This document shows positions 54,744 to 64,000 of a stretch of DNA of 64,000 bases, piece after piece. This DNA is from the human T2T-CHM13v2.0 reference genome, Homo sapiens. The DNA lies in assembly GCF_009914755.1 (NCBI RefSeq), contig NC_060941.1, one strand, 5' to 3'. The translations under genes were made by a program, and so were the position numbers. How positions within the stretch are numbered: the first letter of the stretch is position 1; each line of letters opens with the position of its first letter. The notes beneath the pieces were generated by a model, which ran no database searches, was not told the origin of the DNA, and worked only from the letters and a program-made list of their open reading frames with translations.

Positions 54744-57700
54744 CCTCGCTTTCCTCTCTTCTAGCCCAGAGATCCCAGCTAAGTCCCTGACTCTCTGGAG
54801 CTTTGGTTTTCTGGTTTATTAAGTGAGGCCAGTAACTTCCCTCCAAGGGCTCGCATGAGGATAAACCAGGGGAAGGGTGTGTAGGTGCCACACGCCTGAG
54901 TCCTTTCTGATACCCAGGACTCTGTTACACTGGTCCTCCACCCCAGGCCTCTGAGCTACTTTCTTTTGGGAAAGAGGTTTAAATTATAAATAAGGGCCTC
55001 AATCATGGATGAGGCCTCTTGCCTCCTGCCGTGCTTGCTGGAAAAGAACTTTGCCTCTGCAAAGAGCGTCTACAAAATGAGTAGACTCAAGACCTCCCCT
55101 GTGGCCCTTGGCCCTGCCATACGGGCCCTGAGGAATTTGCTGAGCTGCCTGGGGGTGCCTCCCATGAGGACAGCTACTCAGACTGCAGGGCGTCCTTCCG
55201 AGGAGAAGGTGCAGTTGCAGCAGAGAGGAAGCGAGGGCTAGAAAGCCTGAGACATAGACAGCCCCTCTGGCCATCGTCCTTGCCTCAGTCGGGGCTCTGG
55301 GAGGGCCGCAGCCAGGCTGGGTAGGACCGAGCATCTCATGAGGGGCCGTGTGAGGTTCACTTGTTCTGTTTGGGGATGCTGAGTTCAATCACCTGGGGAG
55401 CAGCTTGGTCCTGGGAGGACCCACCAGAATTTCTCCTCCCCAAGTGAGTGCATCAGTGCTGGCAGCTGAACCCACGAGCTGCAGGCAGGGGTGTGGAGCA
55501 AGTGAACCTAGACAGTTCATCCTCTAGGGGTGACTGCGCACACCACCACCCTCCTCTCACACAGATGCCGGTTTTGCCATGGAAATGGCCCATTTAATGT
55601 CCTGTGCAAGGGAGAAAAGCTCTAGATCCCCAGAGCAGGGGTCCCACCCGTGTCCAGCAAACAGAGGGAGGAAAGGGCATTCTGATCCAGCAGTTGGTCA
55701 AGCAATGTGGAAATGGAGCCCGCTCCCCCTTCACTTTAGTCCAGGAAAGCCTCCGGGTAAAAATGCTGACTCCAGCCTAACCTGTCTCAAACTTACGGAT
55801 TTCAGAAACCTTTCTACATGTAACACATTGACACTCTCTAAGAAATGCCATCCTGGTGATCTTGGGTGAAGGACTCAACCTCTCTGGGTCCCACTTGCTT
55901 CATCAGTGAAACTGGAACCTTAATCCCCATCCTGCCCTGTCCCATCACAGGGACCACGGATAGGAAGGGGCGGGGCCACCTTAATCTCTGCTGCCCACAG
56001 AGCCTGGGAGCTCCTCTTGTCCCCAGCCCCTGGCTAGACCTGGCCCAGGAAATGTACGTGAACACCAGTGAGTCCCAGGGAGCAGGCAGACACCAGGCGC
56101 AGATAGGTTTCAGGTCCTCTGCCAGGGCTACAGGCTGCACCTCCCCTGGGATCCAAGTGGGGTTTCCGTGGTGGAGAGATTGACCAGTGGGCAGTGAGGT
56201 GAGGAGCAGTACCTGCCCCATTTCACAGGCAAAAAAACTGAGGCTCAGAGAGGTCGGGGTCTGCCAGGGCCTCATGGTACGTTTGAAATTCCATTATGGG
56301 ATTCCCAGAACAAGTCGCCCTTCTCACTTGCCATCTTGTGTTGTACTGACAGCAACAGTGGAATTTCTGCCTGGAGCCACTGTATTTTGCTTTGTTTCTG
56401 TAGCTAAACCTCAATTTACTGAAAGGCCATGAGGTGTCCTGGTTAACTCATTTTCTGGGGAATGGAGGGAGGACTGGCGGGAGCTTTTCAGTTTGAGTCT
56501 AGTTGAAGTGTCAGAGCTGGGGAGCTCGGCATGTTTCGGATGGGGCGGGATAGATGGGTTAGAGGAGGCAGGGTCCAGGGACCACAGCTCAGAGTGGCCC
56601 AACTCCTGCAGGCCAGCACCCCCCTTTGATGAGCAGACATTCCCATGTAACCTTAAATAATGGGTCTGAAGCCAACCAAAGCCCACAGCGAGCAGCGCCT
56701 TTCAAACTATGCTGAGAGCCAGAGATGTCAACAGAGGGCCTCACACGGAGGGCACGGAGGGAGCTGTCCTTCCATAGGCCCCCCGAGAAGAGAGTGTCTT
56801 CCCTCTTCCCCCGCCCCCATATTTAGCCTCCCCCTGCCCTCCAGCCACTGAGAACAGCTGGTGGTTCCTCAGACCCTTCGAGCACCTCTACGGCCTGGCC
56901 TTGGCTACCCTCTCCCTCCTCCCTCCCTTTTGCTCACACCAACGCCCCGCTTCTTGAATTCCCATTCCCCACACCTGCTGTGTCAGTTCTTCCACCTGCA
57001 GTCCAGCATAACCCCCTCCTCCTCCAAGGCCCTTCCACATCTCCCAAGCCCTCTGGGCTGTCTGTCTCCTCTGGGCCCCAAAACTGCAAGGATTTGGGGT
57101 AACACCTTCGAGGGGGTTACATTGTGATGGATTCTGTCTTATCTTCCCCTACAGTGCTATCAGCAGTTTTTCAAAAGAGTCATAAGAGTTTCATTGAGTT
57201 TTTTTCCCCGAAGTTTAAAAATGATCCAGTTCATTTTTTAAATTCAGCCAGTTAAAAATTGCTGGAAGAAGAGGTGCAACGACTGGCTGTCCCAGCTCAT
57301 GAGGTTCACGGGTGTCCGCAGCTTCCTGACCAGCGTCCAGGCATGCTCTGCCTATGAAAGCCTCATTTATCCCGAGCCTGCTCTGTGTCAGCTGCCAGGC
57401 TGTCTTGATATGCCATCCCCTCTCAGTCCTAACACATGATGAGGCAATGATGTTGCTCAGGGAGGTTGAGTCATCCACCACTGGTCACACAGCTGGGAAA
57501 TGGAGGAGGTGGGATTCCAGCTCAGCAATGTCTGCCTCCAGAGGCTGGGAGCCACGCTACCCTGCCTCTGGGCGTGTGGCAGTATTAACAGTCACCTACA
57601 CACTTTTATGCTATTCCCGAGGCTATTTTTATTTCACTCAAAAATAACTCCAGGACATCTGTTCCTTCCCTGGGAGCTTCCTGGGAGCCTCTCTGTCTCC

Positions 57701-60700
57701 CCACAGGCCAGTCAGTCTGGCTGAAGAGCTGTGGAAACATTTGCAAAAGGAACGGACAGATGGGCGGATGCCTGCAGAGGCCAGTCCACTTCAGAGACCA
57801 CCCAGGCTTCTGTCACTTTCGCTCCTATTCAGACCCCAACCAAGGCCTTGTGGGTGGCCGGAGGGATTCTGTCAGCCCAGACTCAGGCTGTGAATGAGGG
57901 GCCACCTGATGACACTCAGATGGATGGAGGTGTTGGCGGTCCCATAAAGGAAGATGTCTCCAGCTGTGGCGGCTGGGACAGCGCTTCCCAGGAGGCGGTG
58001 GCCTGGGTACCATGTCACTGGGCCATGGTGCTGGCCAGCCCTCTGGATGTCTAGCCACCCTGGCCAGAGGCACTCCAAAGCCGCACAGGCCCTCTCCACC
58101 TCCCCTCCCATCACCACCTTTTATCCCAGTGGGTCCCTGAGGCGGGGTCCTTCATTGGGCAGGGGCCCTCCAGCTGTGAGAACCAGGAAGCAATGCAAAA
58201 TAACTTACATGCTGAGGCAAGTGTATTCTTCCTTATAACACAAGGGTCCAAGGTAGGGCAGCTCCAGGGCTGGTTCCTCAGGGGCTCAGAGGCACCAGCT
58301 AGGACCCAATCCCCTTCCATTGAGCTTCCCAGCGTTGACCCAAGAGGGCATCCCTTCTCCAGCAGGGGAAGCAGGGAGGGGACAGCTTCCTGTTCATGGG
58401 CCCCACCCTCCAGAGACAGCCTCTCCCAGAGCCCCCTGCAGATGTCTTCTCATGGCTTATTGGCCAGAGATGTAGAACATGCCTTTGCCTGAACCAATCA
58501 CTGGCAAGGGGGAAGAGCCCCCCGGAACTGGCTTGGTCCAGTCAGAACTCATGCTCCAGGTTGAGTGGCCCCAGGCACCTGGTCAGACAGGAGGTGGGCA
58601 CCTCAGGCCCAGGGGGCGCTCTACGTGGACAAAGAGGAGGGGAGGGGCAGGATAGTGGTGACTGACGAATCTGCCTCCGTTCTTGTCATTATTTCTTGAC
58701 TTTATAGAAGAGGGGAAGTAAAAGGCTCGGAAGAGAGGTTGAGTAATTCCCCAGGGCCACACCCACTCCAAGGTCCCCAAGCCATTTACTTGTTCCGTGG
58801 TGAAGCTCCAGTAAATGGAGGCATTTTTCTCCCAGTCCTCTGACCCCGTCTGCTTCTCCACTCTGGTTTTCTTCTCTTCCTCCCCCCAATCCCCATGCCC
58901 ACCCCAAACATGCCTGAAAGCATTACGATCATAGAGACTTCAGAGCTGGAAGAGACATTCAATATTAATGTTATCCAGTGCTGTCATTGTCCAGATGGGG
59001 AAACTGAGGCCGAGAGAGGGGAAGGAGCTCAGCGAGACCACTCAGTAAAGCAGTCTGTGGTGGAGCTGGGACTGGATGGAGGGCCCAGGAAGCACAGCAT
59101 CCCTGAGATTCTCAGAGGGTCTCAGGGACCACCCTACTTTCTCACCTCATCCCCCCTGCGGACGGTCTCCGCAGCCTCCCAGCTGGCTGGTGGCCCCTCT
59201 GCCTGTCCCTTCCCGGGGGAAGGCTCACCCTCAGGCCCCCTTTATGCATCTTTGCACCTGGCACATCCATGGCACTCTGCAGCCTCTGATGTCCTTGACT
59301 CATAGTCTGATCTGATCGTCACAGCGGTCCTGTGAGCTGGTCGGAAGTGCATTATAGATACAGAAACTGAGGCCCAGAGAGGCAACAGGGCTTGCCCGAG
59401 GTCACGCAGTGGTACCTTATCGAAGCCCAGGCAGAGCCCGCTCTCTCGGCATGCGACCTGTGCAGTCACTCAGGGATTAGTGCTCTGGGGTTGCCTTCTT
59501 GAAATTCGTGGTAATGTTCCCCTTTGCCCTGGGCGCCACTAATTGCGGAGCTGGTCCTGGGCCCGGGGCTCCTGACTCCTCCAGGAGGCTTTCCACAACC
59601 ACATACCCCCTCTACCAGTGGCCTACCCAGGGTAAGTCTGACTGATTCCGTGGGACAGCCCTTCACATGGAGGGGAGCGGGCTTAGGGAGTGGGAGCAAG
59701 ACAGTGGGATGTTTTGGCCTGGGCTCAGGGTGCAGGAACTGGAAGGACCCACTTTGGAAATGCCTCCCTCATCCCTTGTCTCAGGCCGGTGTTGCTGAAG
59801 TTCTTGCCTGGCTCCCTTCCCATCCTGGCCTCAGAATTAATGGAGAGGGCCAGTGGCGGCCTGTGCCCTTTGTCCCACTGGCCGGCCTGGGGGTGGCGGC
59901 TCCAGAATACAGGGTCCTATTGTGTGCCCTGATGTCAGGCAGCTGGACTGCTGGGAGTGAGGATAAACAAGCAGCTGGAGCATCTCGCCTGAAGCCCCAG
60001 GAGAGGGCCAGAGCCCCTGCAGCAGCAGGAGAAGGGGCCAGTCTGAAGAGGGACAGAGCTAGGGGCAGTTGGATTCCAACCCTGCCTGCTGTGCGGTGAG
60101 GCCAGCACAGCAACAGGGTCCACTGCTGTAAGAGGGGAATGACTGGCGGTTTGGCTACTTCACAGGGCTGCTGGGAGTGATGCACTTGAGTGCTTCGAAG
60201 GCTGCCTGACACCAGCCAGCTCTGCCGCTGTCAGCACTTGCCCCTGTGCTTCCTATCGCCCATATTCAGGATAAAGCACATACAGGCCCTTTGCCTGGCT
60301 CGTAAGCCCTTCTCTTTCAGGCCTGTTCCCTCTCTCTTTGGCCCCATCTCTTGATGACGCCCCCTCCCCATATTCCTTCCATCCACCCCAGACCCCCTGC
60401 GTTTGCCAGCATTGCCCCCTCTCCCTCTCCTGTTCCCTCTTGCTGCCCTTCACGTCCTTCCCCACTGTCCCCCTCACCTGGCCAGCTCCTAGCAGGAAAC
60501 CCTGCAACTGGTCCTGGGATTTACGATGCCTCCGGTACCCCAGTGTCCTCACAGGTGTCTCCTGACTGTAAGGCCTCCAGAGTGGCCACCCCTGAGCAAG
60601 GATCTGGCCCCAGCACCTGCCTCACCTCCTCCAGAGGGTCCCTTCCCCAGAAGCACTGCCAGGGAAATCTAGGCTCCACGTGGGTTCAAAAGGCACTTCC

Positions 60701-61163
60701 CGGCCTGCTGCAGGGAGTCTCCAGGTGCCCAGACCTGCCACTGTCTTTGTAGGCCCCTCTCACCCCACAGGCACTGTCCTTTCCCCTCTTTTCCCATCTG
60801 TCTTCTATTGTGGCTGCTAAAACAGCGTAAAAATGCTGGGGAGTTTCAACTTCACCCTACTCCAAGCCAAGCCCTGAAACCCCTTTTGTGGATATAGACG
60901 ATGTCAGGTGCCCAGCCAAGCCCAGGTTAGTGCCTGGGGTAGCAGGAATTGCCACTCCGATGCCCATGGGGGCCAGGAAGGAATGCAGCCTAGGTGGGGC
61001 TGCGGTGGGGAACTACTTGAGATTTGGGGGTTCCCATAGACAGCTGGGGAGCAGAATACATTCCCTTTCTAAAGAGTGTGCTTGAATTCAGCTGTCGCTC
61101 ATTGTTGCTGTGGGGGAATATGGGACCTGTATTGCCAGATCTGATTTTTCAAGAAAAGCCAGG

Positions 61164-62130
<967 letters not shown>

Positions 62131-62139
62131 TAAAGAAAA

Positions 62140-64000
<1,861 letters not shown>

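Noticed and set aside
58605-58621. CTCF-like GGCCCAGGGGGCGCT, and similar partial matches near 22187, 36090 and 49488
   Set aside because: Mismatches at highly informative core positions; partial matches are common in GC-rich DNA.

Overview
Human (or very close great-ape) genomic DNA from the NF1 locus at 17q11.2. Both genes lie on the + strand. Bases ~1-21,040 are the 3' end of NF1: five internal coding exons (legacy 44-48; 131, 101, 143, 47 and 217 nt), the 54-nt alternative exon 48a, and the terminal exon ending ...RNSIKKIV* with a ~3.5 kb AU-rich 3'UTR. An intergenic stretch (~21-34 kb) follows, in which the sequence shifts from AT-rich to GC-rich and contains a consensus CTCF core. Next come the CpG-island promoter and first coding exon of RAB11FIP4 (ATG at 35,211); its intron 1 runs off the window. 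The rest is Alu, L1, L2, MIR, MaLR and DNA-transposon debris, and nearly all ORFs in the supplied track are Alu- or GC-content artefacts. I found no new multi-gene system. The best leads are: (1) a candidate 14-nt stop-containing microexon in the last NF1 intron, whose NMD fate would depend on exon 48a; (2) a strong-Kozak, Arg-rich uORF ending 17 nt before the weaker RAB11FIP4 start codon; (3) the CTCF core at the GC transition; (4) two short local duplications. Repeat boundaries and subfamilies were called by eye and are approximate.
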